DNA of 248,000 nt from Hyalangium minutum (GTDB lineage: Bacteria > Myxococcota > Myxococcia > Myxococcales > Myxococcaceae), in contig NZ_JMCB01000001.1 of assembly GCF_000737315.1 (NCBI RefSeq), positions 20,001 through 268,000 on the forward strand. The letters run 5' to 3'. The notes under the pieces are model-generated. The model saw only the letters and a program-made list of their open reading frames with translations, was not told the DNA's origin and made no database searches. Positions 179,348 through 189,896 of the stretch are shown here, piece after piece (position 1 is the first letter of the stretch; each line of letters begins with the position of its first letter). The position numbers were made by a program, and so were the translations under genes.

Positions 179348-181492
179348 ATGCCTCAGGAGAAAGCGAAGAGCCCTGAGCAGCAGCCCTCGGAAGCGTCCGA
179401 GAGGCCCGATCCGACCCTGCCCGTAGGGAGCGGCGCTCCCGCCCCGGCAGGAGAGATGTCCCCCACCAACCTGCGCCCGGACGCCAAGAGCCCGGAGCAG
179501 TGGTGGGCGCCTCCGGAGACCTCTCCCGAGGGCCAACCCGGCTCCCCTCCCAAGGTCCCCACGCCCGTGACAGAGAAGAAGGACCCGCTCATCGGCACGG
179601 TGGTGGGCAGCTTCCGGCTCATCCGCAAGCTGGGCGGCGGCGGCATGGGCACCGTCTACCTGGGCGAGCACACCTTGATTGGCAGCAAGGTCGCCGTGAA
179701 GTTCCTCCACGAGCACTTCGCCTCCAATGAGGCCCTCGTCCAGCGCTTCCTCGCGGAAGCCCGCTCCGTCAACCTCATCGGCCACGAAAACATCATCAAC
179801 ATCTTCGACATGAGCCTGCTGCCTCCTCGCAGGCACTACCTCGTCATGGAGTACCTGGAGGGCAGCCCTCTCTCGTCCATGACGGGGAGCCCGCAGCCGC
179901 CCTCGGTGATCGTGCCGATCCTCACCCAGGTGTGCGATGCGCTTCAGGCGGCTCACCTCAACGGCGTGGTCCACCGGGACCTGAAGCCGGAGAACATCTT
180001 CCTCGTGCGGCATGACCGCACACCGCACTTCGTGAAGGTGCTGGACTTCGGCATCGCCAAGCTGCTCGACGGGGCGCACTCGCCGGGGCAGACCTCGATG
180101 GGCACCATCATCGGGACCCCGGAGTACATGGCTCCCGAGCAGTGGGCCGGCAAGGGCGTGGATGGGCGCACAGACCTGTACGCGCTGGGCATCATCTCCT
180201 ACGAGCTGCTCACCGGCCGCACGCCCTTCCCCAAGGGAGGGCTGGGGAGCCTGCTGCACGCCCACCTCCAGGAGCTGCCCCCTGCGCCCCACGAGCTGAC
180301 CCCGTCGGTGCCCCTGCCGCTCTCGCAGCTCGTCATGCGTGCCATGGCCAAGCGCCCGGAAGATCGCTTCCGGACCGCAGCCGAGATGCGCACCGCGCTG
180401 GAACAGGCACTCGCGGGGCAGGCACCGGCTCCGCTTCCGTCGCTCGCCACGCCCGCTCCTGCCCCAGTTCCCGCGGCCACACCGCCCTCGCTGCCGCTGG
180501 ACACGGCGATGGCCATTCCGGCGACGGCCCCCGCTCCGCCCCGGCGGCCCGCGTCTCCTCCGCCGCTCGAGGCCTTCGCCAAGGGGGTCCTCACTCCGGG
180601 CTCGGAGCCGCTCCGCATGAGCTGCACGGACCTGAGCCGCGCTGGGGCCTTCCTGTGCACCGAAGGCTCGCTGCCCCCGCTGCGCTCGCGCGTAGCGCTC
180701 ACCCTGGAGGTGCGCGGCCAGAACCTGCCCTGTACCGGCGAGGTTGTCCGCCACGTCACCCCGGCCCAGGCGGGCTCCTGGGGCATGCGCGCGGGCTTCG
180801 CCGTCCAGTTCATCAACCTGTCCGCCGAAGCCCGCGACGCCCTCTCCCGCCTCTCCCAGGGCCAGACAGCGCCCTCGGCCACCCCCAAGGTGCTCTCGGA
180901 CGATCCGCAGGCGGAGTCGCTGCTGACCATGCTCCAGCAGCGCATGAACGCCGACCCGTACGTGCTGCTGTCACTCCCCCAGAACGCCACGTTCGATGAA
181001 GTTCGCCAGCACGGCCGCGCCGCCACGAGCGCCCTGGAGACCATCGCCGCCCGGCCGCTGTCGGCCCGCCAGGCGAAGGAGCTCTCCGAGATGCGCTCGC
181101 GCATCGAGAAGGCCGCGGACCTGCTGGGACACCCCCGCCAGCGCATCGAGCACGACGCCTGGCGCGCCAACTACGCGGGCGTGGCCCGGTGCATCTCCAG
181201 CGGCCTCACCGCCACCGAGATCGAGTCCCTGCGCGCCCGCTACCTGGTGGCCCACCCAGGCACGGAGGCGCGCGAGCGCATCCACGCCGCCACCGCCTCC
181301 GCCTGGGAATCCCAAGGCAGCATCGGCCTGGCCCTGGCCGAATACGAGAAGGCGCTCGCCGCCGACCCGCTCAACCTGCAGCTCCAGCAGCGCTACTGGA
181401 ACCTCAAGCAGCGCGGCGTGAAGCCCACCCCACCCCCGGAGAGCAGCTCCAAAGAGGGCCAGGACGTGCCGGGGCTGCGGCGCCGCCGCTAG
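179348..181492 (+). CDS. Ser/Thr protein kinase with PilZ-like and C-terminal helical domains
   Basis: LGGGGMG, HRDLKPEN, DFG; DLSRAGAFL. Confidence 0.9.
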   Translation: MPQEKAKSPEQQPSEASERPDPTLPVGSGAPAPAGEMSPTNLRPDAKSPEQWWAPPETSPEGQPGSPPKVPTPVTEKKDPLIGTVVGSFRLIRKLGGGGMGTVYLGEHTLIGSKVAVKFLHEHFASNEALVQRFLAEARSVNLIGHENIINIFDMSLLPPRRHYLVMEYLEGSPLSSMTGSPQPPSVIVPILTQVCDALQAAHLNGVVHRDLKPENIFLVRHDRTPHFVKVLDFGIAKLLDGAHSPGQTSMGTIIGTPEYMAPEQWAGKGVDGRTDLYALGIISYELLTGRTPFPKGGLGSLLHAHLQELPPAPHELTPSVPLPLSQLVMRAMAKRPEDRFRTAAEMRTALEQALAGQAPAPLPSLATPAPAPVPAATPPSLPLDTAMAIPATAPAPPRRPASPPPLEAFAKGVLTPGSEPLRMSCTDLSRAGAFLCTEGSLPPLRSRVALTLEVRGQNLPCTGEVVRHVTPAQAGSWGMRAGFAVQFINLSAEARDALSRLSQGQTAPSATPKVLSDDPQAESLLTMLQQRMNADPYVLLSLPQNATFDEVRQHGRAATSALETIAARPLSARQAKELSEMRSRIEKAADLLGHPRQRIEHDAWRANYAGVARCISSGLTATEIESLRARYLVAHPGTEARERIHAATASAWESQGSIGLALAEYEKALAADPLNLQLQQRYWNLKQRGVKPTPPPESSSKEGQDVPGLRRRR

Positions 181493-181510
181493 TCAGCGCG
181501 CGAGGCCTCC

Positions 181511-183427
181511 TTACTTCGGCATGAAGTTGAAGGCCTTGAGCATGAGGATGAAGATGCCCATGAGGCTCTCGCCCGCGAGGAAGCCAGAGCCCACGGGGAA
181601 CACGGCGGCCTCCGCCACCTTCGGCTTGCGCCGGCGCAGGTACTCCGCGATGCCCGCGCCGATGCAGAAGCTGATCGAGCTGGAGCCGGGGATGACGATG
181701 GCCAGCCCGAAGCCCGCGGCCGATGGAATGTAGGGCTTCGCGGCCTTCGGGGCCCACCGGTCCAGCAGCACCAGGGCGATGCCCAGCAGCCCTCCGCACA
181801 GTGCTCCCATGCGGGCGCTGGGGTGCAGCGCCTCCAGGCCCACCGACAGCATCTTGGAGACGCCCGCCCAGACCATCACGCCCGGAGCGGGGAACTCCTC
181901 ACCGCCCAGGACCTGCGCATCCGGCACGAGCAGGTTGAAGGCGGGCACCACGATGGCCGCGCCCGCCACCACGCCAAAGAGCTGGCCGATGAGCTGCTGC
182001 CGGGGGTTACCGCCGAGCAGCCATCCGGACTTGAGATCGATCAGCAGATCCGCCGCGTGCAGGCCGACGCCACCTGTGGCATTGGCACTCATGACGTTGG
182101 CGGCCACGTTGCCGGGCGCCAGCCCTCCGTAGATGAGCTGCGTGACAGGGCCGAGTGCCTTGGTCGGCGTGGTGTCCGTCTCTCCGGTGACCCGGGCGGC
182201 GATGAAGCCCATCACCACGGCGAGCGGCAGCGCGAGCACGCCGGCCCACACGGGGATCTGGAAGAGGTACGCCATCAGCGCCACGGCGACGGGCCCCAGG
182301 ATGGCGAAGCCCATGGGGAACCAGGAGGGAGGAACCTCGATGGCGGCCAGGGGATCCTGGGTGGCCTCGTGCTTCTTCCGGAACAAGCCCGAGAGAGCCT
182401 GGAGCGAGCGGGCCACGCTGCGCCACTGGAACGCGAAAGAGAGCACCCCCGAGGTGACGAGCAGCGCCGCGCCCGTCCACAGCATCCAGGTGTTGATGGC
182501 CTTCTGGGTGACGGCGGTGATGAAGCCCTGATCCACCATGGCGGGAGCCAGGAAGCCATAGGTGAGGACAGCGCCCAGGAGCATGGACCAGCCGGTCTTC
182601 CAGGTCATCAGCATGCCGCCGCCGATGAGCAGCAGGCTCGGCTCGAAGGCCAGGCCCCAGTCCTTCAATGGACGGTCCCGGAGGGTGGCCCAGGGCAGAA
182701 TGCTCTTCTTTTCCATGATCGGCAGCGGCAGGCGAAGGAACTCGGGGGCATGAGTGTTGAGCCAGGCGCTCTTCGCGTCCCGCAGCACCGCGACGATGGC
182801 ACCGATCAATCCCGCGATGCCGAGCAGCCGTGACTTCTGCCGTGCCACCTCGCCGTGGCCGTGGAGCGCCTTGATGGTCTCGGCGGTGGCGATGCCGGAG
182901 GGGAACGGCAGCGCCTCGATGTTGACGAGCTGGCGCTTGATGGGGATGGCGGCAAAGACACCCAGCGCGGCGATGACGGCGAACCACAGCACCAGCCAGC
183001 CCGTGCCGGGCAGCGTGCCAGTGAGCACCAGCAACGCGGGCACGGCGGCCATGTTGCCGCCTCCCGTCATGTAGCCCGCCGCCGACGCCACCGAGCCCAT
183101 GGCGTTGTTCTCCAGCGGAGAGAAGTCCTCCCGGAACACGCGCAGCTGGCGCATCAGGTTGAAGAAGGAGAACGCCAGGATGCAGGCGGTCACGGTGACG
183201 CCCATGCTCCAGCCCGTCTTCAGGATGATGTACAGGTTGGACAGGCACATCACCATGCCGATGAGCATGCCGGCCACGATGGCGCGCGGCGTGAGCTGGC
183301 GCGCGCCGCCCTGGTACACGTTCTCCAGCCAGTAGCGCTCCGGGTCCTGGCCCTCGGCGGGCGCGGCCACCGGCGGAGCGTCGTGGGGATCGTGGCGAGG
183401 CGTCTCGTTGGCGGCGGGCTGAGTCAT
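181511..183427 (-). CDS. OPT family oligopeptide transporter
   Basis: QLTPRAIVAG..LKTG; multi-TM. Confidence 0.88.
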   Translation of the reverse strand: MTQPAANETPRHDPHDAPPVAAPAEGQDPERYWLENVYQGGARQLTPRAIVAGMLIGMVMCLSNLYIILKTGWSMGVTVTACILAFSFFNLMRQLRVFREDFSPLENNAMGSVASAAGYMTGGGNMAAVPALLVLTGTLPGTGWLVLWFAVIAALGVFAAIPIKRQLVNIEALPFPSGIATAETIKALHGHGEVARQKSRLLGIAGLIGAIVAVLRDAKSAWLNTHAPEFLRLPLPIMEKKSILPWATLRDRPLKDWGLAFEPSLLLIGGGMLMTWKTGWSMLLGAVLTYGFLAPAMVDQGFITAVTQKAINTWMLWTGAALLVTSGVLSFAFQWRSVARSLQALSGLFRKKHEATQDPLAAIEVPPSWFPMGFAILGPVAVALMAYLFQIPVWAGVLALPLAVVMGFIAARVTGETDTTPTKALGPVTQLIYGGLAPGNVAANVMSANATGGVGLHAADLLIDLKSGWLLGGNPRQQLIGQLFGVVAGAAIVVPAFNLLVPDAQVLGGEEFPAPGVMVWAGVSKMLSVGLEALHPSARMGALCGGLLGIALVLLDRWAPKAAKPYIPSAAGFGLAIVIPGSSSISFCIGAGIAEYLRRRKPKVAEAAVFPVGSGFLAGESLMGIFILMLKAFNFMPK

Positions 183428-183679
183428 TGGGAGCGCAACGATAATGCACCTGCCCGGAATCACCGAACGCCTCCACCAAGCGGGCAGCCGGCGTCCCTTC
183501 CCCGGCGGAAGAGGGCCTCGCCCTCACGCCCGGGGTACGTCACCACGCAGAGTGTTCACCCCCCGGAATTCGACGAGCGAGGAGTGTTCGCCAGCCCATG
183601 GCGCTGGCCCATGGCGGTGGCAGGCCCCCGCTCCCCACGCCATGAGAGAGGTTCCACTGCTGGTCTCCGGAGCCTCTTG

Positions 183680-184903
183680 ATGCTCTCCTTGCTTTCCCGT
183701 TGGAGCCGCGCCCTGCTCCTCCTGACGCTCGCCTGTGCCTCCTGCTCTGAACGTCAGAGCCCCGCTCAGCCGCCTCCTCCCGAGGGCCCCAATCCTCAGG
183801 AGGACACGGCCCTCAGCAACGTGCTGCGGCCCGAGCGCCAGGTCTTCCGCCCAGAGCTGCTCCAGAACCTCACGCTCCCCCCTGGCTTCGCGGTCTCTGT
183901 GTTCGCGCAGGATCTGGGTGCCCCGCGGATGATGGCCGAGGGACCGGATGGGTCGCTCTACGTCACGCGGCCGAAGCAGTCAGATGTGGTGCGGCTTCGG
184001 GACACGAACGGGGATGGCCGCGCCGAGGCGCCGAGCGTGGTCCTCTCAGGACTCAAGGACGTGCATGGCCTCGCCCTGCACCAGGGACGAGCCTATGTCG
184101 CCACGCCCACCCAGGTTCACGTCGTGGAGGTGCTGGGGGATGGCAGCTGGGGCTCTCCCCAGCTCCTGGTGGACCGGCTTCCGGATGGAGGCCAGCACGC
184201 CAATCGCACGCTCGCCGTGGGGCCTGATGGCAAGCTCTACCTCTCGGTGGGCAGCAGCTGCAACGCGTGCGACGAGACCAACGAAGAACACGCGACGCTG
184301 CTGCGGGTGAACCTGGATGGCAAGGGCCGGGAGATTTTCGCCCGGGGTCTGCGCAACACCATCGGCTTCGGCTGGCACCCGCAGTCGGGAGAGCTGTGGG
184401 GCATGGATCATGGCAGCGACCACCGCGGCGATGACATTCCTCCCGAGGAGCTCAACCGGCTGGTGCAAGGAAAGGACTACGGATGGCCTTATGCCTTTGG
184501 CCAGCAGCAGCCCGATCCGGTGATCGACGAGCCGAAGAACATGACCAAGGCGGAGTACGTGGCGAAGACGGAGCCGGCCGTCCTCACCTATCCGGCCCAC
184601 AGCGCCCCCATCGGGATGGTCTTCTACACGGGGGTGGCCTTCCCGGCCGAGTACCAGGGGGATGCGTTCGTCGCCATGAGGGGCTCGTGGAACCGCAAGC
184701 CCGCCACTGGCTACAAGCTGGTGCGCATCGACTTCAATGGCGGCCAACCCCAGCGCTTCGAGGACTTCATGACGGGCTTCCTGCTCGAAGAGGGCCGTGC
184801 CCACTTCGGGCGGCTGGCCGGCGTGACGCAGACACGGGACGGGGCGCTGCTGCTCGGAGATGACACCAACGGGGTCATCTACCGCATCACCTACAAGAAC
184901 TGA
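183680..184903 (+). CDS. PQQ-dependent sugar/sorbosone dehydrogenase family lipoprotein
   Basis: GLRNTIG..W; YGWPY; AHSAPIGM. Confidence 0.85.
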   Translation: MLSLLSRWSRALLLLTLACASCSERQSPAQPPPPEGPNPQEDTALSNVLRPERQVFRPELLQNLTLPPGFAVSVFAQDLGAPRMMAEGPDGSLYVTRPKQSDVVRLRDTNGDGRAEAPSVVLSGLKDVHGLALHQGRAYVATPTQVHVVEVLGDGSWGSPQLLVDRLPDGGQHANRTLAVGPDGKLYLSVGSSCNACDETNEEHATLLRVNLDGKGREIFARGLRNTIGFGWHPQSGELWGMDHGSDHRGDDIPPEELNRLVQGKDYGWPYAFGQQQPDPVIDEPKNMTKAEYVAKTEPAVLTYPAHSAPIGMVFYTGVAFPAEYQGDAFVAMRGSWNRKPATGYKLVRIDFNGGQPQRFEDFMTGFLLEEGRAHFGRLAGVTQTRDGALLLGDDTNGVIYRITYKN

Positions 184904-184922
184904 GCCCCGTCCCCTCTTTCAG

Positions 184923-185471
184923 CTACTTGTGCTTGTGGCCATGGCCGTGGTCGTGGTCGTGGTCGTGGTCATGATCATGGCCGCCGTGATCGTGGGCGCC
185001 GCCCGGCCCGTGAGCGTGGCCGTGAGAGAGCTCCTCGGCCGTGGCGTCCCGGACGTCCTTCACGGTGACGTCGAAGTGCAGCGTCTTGCCCGCCAGCGGG
185101 TGGTTCAGGTCGACAATGACCGTCTCGCCCTTCACCTCGTGGATGCCGATGGGGATGACCTCGCCGCCGTCGGTCTGCGCGGCCAGCCGCATGCCCGGCT
185201 TGAGCTCGGCGTCGGCGGGGAACATGGTGCGCGGTACTTCCTGGAGGCCCCGAGCGTCATGCTCGCCGTAGCCCTGCGCGGGAGGGACCACCACCTGCTT
185301 GGCCTCGCCGGCGGCCAGGCCTTCGAGGGCCTTTTCGAGGCCAGGGACGATCTGACCGCGCCCATGCAGGTAGGAGAGAGGCTGGCCGGGCTCGCTCTGG
185401 TCGATGATCTGTCCGTCGCCCAGGTGCAGCTTGTACTCCAACGCAATGATGCGGTCCTTGCCGATCTTCAT
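184923..185471 (-). CDS. slyD: FKBP-type PPIase SlyD
   Basis: DLNHPLAGKTL; His-rich tail. Confidence 0.9.
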   Translation of the reverse strand: MKIGKDRIIALEYKLHLGDGQIIDQSEPGQPLSYLHGRGQIVPGLEKALEGLAAGEAKQVVVPPAQGYGEHDARGLQEVPRTMFPADAELKPGMRLAAQTDGGEVIPIGIHEVKGETVIVDLNHPLAGKTLHFDVTVKDVRDATAEELSHGHAHGPGGAHDHGGHDHDHDHDHDHGHGHKHK

Positions 185472-185706
185472 GAAGCGGCTCCTCGTGCTTCAACTGCGGG
185501 TGGTACTGCATTCAGGAAGTGTGCGAGCAGTGCTCCCCGTGCGCATGGCACAGACATGACACGGCAGAGCGAGCGAGCCCCAGCCCGGCGGGCCGATGTG
185601 CCAGAGGGAAGGGAGCTGTAGCGCGCGTTCAGGATGGGAAGCTCAGGGTGAGTCGGCAGGTATATCGCGCTTGAGCAAGGCTCGTCGCTCGGAGAGAAGC
185701 AGCCCG

Positions 185707-186987
185707 TCAAGAGGCAGACGGCTCGGCGGCACCCTCTAGCGGGGCATCGTCGTCCGGCTCGCCCCGAGCGACATAGAGGGCCGCAGCCAGATCCCCGGTG
185801 ACGTTGAGGGTGGTGCGGCACATGTCCAGGAATCGATCCACGCCCAGGATGAGCCCAATACCCTCGGTGGGGATCTTGAACATGCCCAGGATCATCAGGA
185901 CGACCGGGAGTGAGCCCGCGGGGACGCCTGCGGTGCCGATACCCGCGAGCACACAGATGAACATGATGACCGCCTGATCCCCGAGGCTCAGGGGCACGCC
186001 GTACACCTGCGCGAGGAAGAGCACAGTCACACCCTCGAAGAGCGCGGTGCCGTTCTGGTTCATGGCGGCGCCCGCGGTGAGAACGAAGCGGGACACGTGG
186101 CGCGGCAGGCGCAGGTTCTCCTCGGCGACTTTGAGCGCGGTGGGCAGGGTGGCGCTGGACGAGGCGGTGGAGAAGGCGGTGGCCATGGCGAGGCGGATGT
186201 CGCGGAAGAAGCTCACCGGGCTGCGGCCTCCGAGGAAGCGCACCGAGAGCGAGTACACCCCAAACATGTGCAGCCCGAGCGCCAGCAGCACCACCGCCAC
186301 GTACGAGAGAATCTGCTGCAGCACTTCCACGCCCAACTGCGCCATCACGGAGAACAGCAGCGCGGCGACACCGTAGGGCGCCAGCTTCAGCACGCCGTCG
186401 ATGAGCCGCATCATCACGTCATAGAGGCCCTGGATGGTCTCGCGCAGGCGGAGCGCGGCGGGCGTCTGCGTCAGGGCGAGCCCGGTGCCGAAAATGAGCG
186501 AGAAGAGGATGAGGCCAATCATGTCCCCGTCCGCCGCAGTGCGGATGGGGTTGTCGGGCACCATGTTGACGATGAGCGCGGCGGGCGACGTGCTGCTGGG
186601 CGCGGGCGCGGCCTTCATGGCGGCGGGGTTGTTCTTCGCGGCGGCACGGGCCTCTTCGCTGAAACCAGCCCCCGGCTGCAGCGTGTTGACCAGAAGCAGT
186701 CCGAGAAGCACGGCCAGGGAGGAGAAAACCACGGTGTAGACGACGGTCTTCAGCCCGAGCCGGCCAATCTGCTTCAGGTCCAGCTCACACACGCCCATCA
186801 CCAGGGCGGCAAAGAGCAGCGGCACCACCAGCATGAGCAGCAGTCGGATGAAGATCCTCCCCACGGGCTGGGTGAAGTTTGTCACCACGCTGGTGAGCCA
186901 GGCAGAGTCCCCAGCGACCGCATGGGCCACGAGTCCGGCCACGGTGCCGAAGAGAATGTCCACGAGCATCTTCTGGTGTGCCTTCAT
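185707..186987 (-). CDS. dicarboxylate/amino acid:cation symporter
   Basis: TASSSATLP, MNQNGTA, DMCRT. Confidence 0.9.
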   Translation of the reverse strand: MKAHQKMLVDILFGTVAGLVAHAVAGDSAWLTSVVTNFTQPVGRIFIRLLLMLVVPLLFAALVMGVCELDLKQIGRLGLKTVVYTVVFSSLAVLLGLLLVNTLQPGAGFSEEARAAAKNNPAAMKAAPAPSSTSPAALIVNMVPDNPIRTAADGDMIGLILFSLIFGTGLALTQTPAALRLRETIQGLYDVMMRLIDGVLKLAPYGVAALLFSVMAQLGVEVLQQILSYVAVVLLALGLHMFGVYSLSVRFLGGRSPVSFFRDIRLAMATAFSTASSSATLPTALKVAEENLRLPRHVSRFVLTAGAAMNQNGTALFEGVTVLFLAQVYGVPLSLGDQAVIMFICVLAGIGTAGVPAGSLPVVLMILGMFKIPTEGIGLILGVDRFLDMCRTTLNVTGDLAAALYVARGEPDDDAPLEGAAEPSAS

Positions 186988-187055
186988 CCCGGCGCAGCCT
187001 AACGGTGAATGGGGGTGGCGCCTATCTTCCATTCAGCGGAAGCTTCCGGCCCACC

Positions 187056-187718
187056 GTGGAACCGTCCGTCCATTTCACCGAGCTGACCGAAGGCGCCTTG
187101 CCGGAGCCTCTCTTCCGCCGCCTGCTGCGGCGCATGAGCGCCCTGGGCACCGAGCGGCTGCGCACCACCTACCAGACGACCTTCTGGTACGGCTTCGGCG
187201 AGCCCACCAACGTGGTGGAGGAGGCCATCCTCTTCCTGCGGCCGCGCGTGGTGAAGAACCTGCGCATCATCGGCGCGGAGTGGTGGCTGAGCCGCATGTA
187301 CGCCACGGACGTGCGGGTGGACTTCCACCAGGACCGCGACGAGAAGCTCGCCCTGCGCACCGGGAAGCTGGTGCACCCGAGGCTGTCTTCCGTGTTCTTC
187401 CTGAACCGGGTGCGCGGAGGGGCGCTCGCCATCACCTCGCAGCTCCCGGATCCGTCCAACCCGTCGTTGGCCCCCCAAAAGTTGGATGACCTGACGCTGG
187501 TGGCCCCCCGCCCCAACCGCTTCGTGGTCTTCGACGGGAAGCTCACCCACGGAGTGCTCGACGTGAACAACCAGATCCCCGACCGGAAGCTCCCGGGGCG
187601 CACCCGGCTCCGGCGCACCATCGCGATCAACTGGTGGGCCACGCGCCCCTCGGACACCCCCACGTGGGAGGAGACTGGCATCTACCGGGCGCTCGGGCTC
187701 AGGAGCCGCTCTCGGTAG
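187056..187718 (+). CDS. 2OG-Fe(II) oxygenase-like protein
   Basis: FHQDRD..HGV; start uncertain. Confidence 0.55.
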   Translation: MEPSVHFTELTEGALPEPLFRRLLRRMSALGTERLRTTYQTTFWYGFGEPTNVVEEAILFLRPRVVKNLRIIGAEWWLSRMYATDVRVDFHQDRDEKLALRTGKLVHPRLSSVFFLNRVRGGALAITSQLPDPSNPSLAPQKLDDLTLVAPRPNRFVVFDGKLTHGVLDVNNQIPDRKLPGRTRLRRTIAINWWATRPSDTPTWEETGIYRALGLRSRSR

Positions 187719-188479
187719 CTACGGGCGCGCGCCGTCTCTCGCAGCCGGCGCGTCACCCGCTCGGCCCACTCGGGCTCGATCTCGATGCATGCGGGCCTGC
187801 GCCCCAGCCGCAGCGCCGACGCCGGCGTCGAGCCGCTCCCCGCGAACGGATCCAGCACCGTCTCCCCAGGCCGGCTGTACGTCCTCACCAGCGGCTCCAG
187901 CACCGAGAACGGCTTGTGGTGCGGATGGTTGCCCCACCGCCCCGCCTCGCCGTCGTCGTCGTAGCCGCTCACCACGGCCCACGCCACTGGCGGATCCCCC
188001 AGGCCTGGCACCGGCGCCAGCGTCCGAGCGAACACCAGCGCCACCTCGTACACCCGCAGCAGTTGCTCGTTGGCGTTCTTGTCCGTGGTGCGCTTGCCCC
188101 AGACGTACTCGCCGCGCAGGTGCGTGTAGCCGAGTTCCCGCGCCACCGTGGTGATGGGCTCCTTGCCCAGCAGGTTCGTCCAGATGACCAGCGGCGCGTC
188201 CGGCGTGAGCCACGCGACAGCCTGCGTCATCCACTTCTCCGTGAAGACACGGTAGTCCCGCACGGTCTCGAAGCGGACGATGGGGTTGCGATCAATCTTC
188301 TTGTGGGCGCGAGGGTCTCGCTCGTCCCCACCCTTCCTGCGCCGCGTCAGCAGGCAGTACGGCGGATCCGTGAGAAGCAGGCTGGCGCGGTTCTCCCCCA
188401 GCGCCGCCCGGTAGCCGTCCACCTCCCGCGCATCGGCGCGGTGGCAGCGCAAGGACTCGGCTGGCAGATCGGTACTCAT
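187682..188479 (-). CDS. N6/N4 DNA methyltransferase (orphan)
   Basis: TDPPY; HPHHKP; LDPFAGSGST. Confidence 0.85.
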   Translation of the reverse strand: MSTDLPAESLRCHRADAREVDGYRAALGENRASLLLTDPPYCLLTRRRKGGDERDPRAHKKIDRNPIVRFETVRDYRVFTEKWMTQAVAWLTPDAPLVIWTNLLGKEPITTVARELGYTHLRGEYVWGKRTTDKNANEQLLRVYEVALVFARTLAPVPGLGDPPVAWAVVSGYDDDGEAGRWGNHPHHKPFSVLEPLVRTYSRPGETVLDPFAGSGSTPASALRLGRRPACIEIEPEWAERVTRRLRETARARSYRERLLSPSAR

Positions 188480-188530
188480 CCAGCGCCACCCTACACCCGG
188501 CCGCGCCGGGCTCAAGCGGTTGCGCTGGAC

Positions 188531-188770
188531 TCAAGACACCGCGCCCACCTCCGAACGTGAGACGGCGGCAATCTCCCGGACGGGCACGCGAGGGTGCGTG
188601 CGGAAAATCGCGAAGTCGGTCCCCGCCTCCGTCACCACATCCATCATCTGATCGATGAACAGCTCGCCAGCCCGGAGCTGCACGGCCACGGGACGCCGCC
188701 TCAGCACCGTCTCCTCGAGCACATCAATGAAGTCACACTGCCCTACATCATCCTGGCAGATACGGCTCAT
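188531..188770 (-). CDS. YaeO/Rof-like small protein
   Basis: CDFIDVLEE pattern. Confidence 0.5.
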   Translation of the reverse strand: MSRICQDDVGQCDFIDVLEETVLRRRPVAVQLRAGELFIDQMMDVVTEAGTDFAIFRTHPRVPVREIAAVSRSEVGAVS

Positions 188771-188987
188771 GAAACACCTGATCCGGACAGCGCCGGCTTC
188801 GAGGCGCGGTGACACGCCTCCCCCTGTCACTTCACCCTGGCCGTAACGAGCCCAGGACTTGGACGCAACTCCAAGCCCCGAAGCTACCGATCTCCAGACC
188901 TTCCGTGAAGAACTTGGGACTCCGGGTCCCTGCAGGTGTCTGCCCGGCGTCCAGGGTTGGACACCTGGGCAGGAAAATTTCCTGAGA

Positions 188988-189836
188988 TCAGCGATCGCCG
189001 GCGGCGTAGTCCTTCGCGTAGTCCTTGAAGGTGCGGGGCGGGCGGCCGAGCACGTCCTTCACGCCGCTGGCCGTCGCGGCGGACCAGCCGTTTTTGATCA
189101 GCGCGTTGAGCTCCATCAGGCCGTCCACCACCCACGCGGGCATCTGCATGTCCAGCATGGACTTGCGAGCGCCCTCCTCGGGCACGTCCACGTAGGAGTA
189201 ATTGCGGCCCAGCGCCTGGCCGAGGATGGCCAACGCCTCGGCGTCACTGAGCGCCTCGGGCCCGGTGAGCTCGTACGCCTTGTTCTCGTGCCCCGGACTC
189301 GTGAGGACCGTTGCGGCCACCTCGCCAATGTCCCGCCCGTCCACCCACGCTGCCTTGCCCTGGCCATGCGGCGCGTAGACGGTGCTGTCCTTCTTCGGAT
189401 CCGCGCCATAGAAGTTGAAGAAGTTCTCCATGAAGAAGGTGGGCCGCAGCATCGTCCACGCGATGCCGCTGTCCTTGATGGCCTTCTCACTGGCCCGGTG
189501 CAACCGGCCCATGGCGATGCCCGGCTCGGCCTCCACGCCCATCACCGACAGCTTGACGATGTGCTTCACCCCCGCCTTCTTCGCCGCGTTCACCAGTGCC
189601 TGGGTGTACTCCACCTGCTTCTCGGACGTCGGCGTGAGCAGGAACAGCTTCTCCACGCCCTGCAGCGCCGGCCCGAAGGTCTCCGGCTTGTCCCAGTCGA
189701 ACGGGACCGCCTCCACGCCCTGCCCCTTGAGCTTGTCGGGCGAGCGGGTTCCCACCTTGAAGCGCACCCCCTTGGTCTTGAGCGCCTTCACCGTGGAAGA
189801 ACCAATCGTCCCCGTCGCACCTGTTACGAGAATCAT
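188988..189836 (-). CDS. NmrA-family NAD(P)-binding protein
   Basis: ILVTGATGTIG; LRPTFFMEN. Confidence 0.88.
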   Translation of the reverse strand: MILVTGATGTIGSSTVKALKTKGVRFKVGTRSPDKLKGQGVEAVPFDWDKPETFGPALQGVEKLFLLTPTSEKQVEYTQALVNAAKKAGVKHIVKLSVMGVEAEPGIAMGRLHRASEKAIKDSGIAWTMLRPTFFMENFFNFYGADPKKDSTVYAPHGQGKAAWVDGRDIGEVAATVLTSPGHENKAYELTGPEALSDAEALAILGQALGRNYSYVDVPEEGARKSMLDMQMPAWVVDGLMELNALIKNGWSAATASGVKDVLGRPPRTFKDYAKDYAAGDR

Positions 189837-189896
189837 GTTCCCTCTCCGTCTTCGTTGATCAAACAGCGGGTGCACGATGCCACGAGCCCGAGGAGA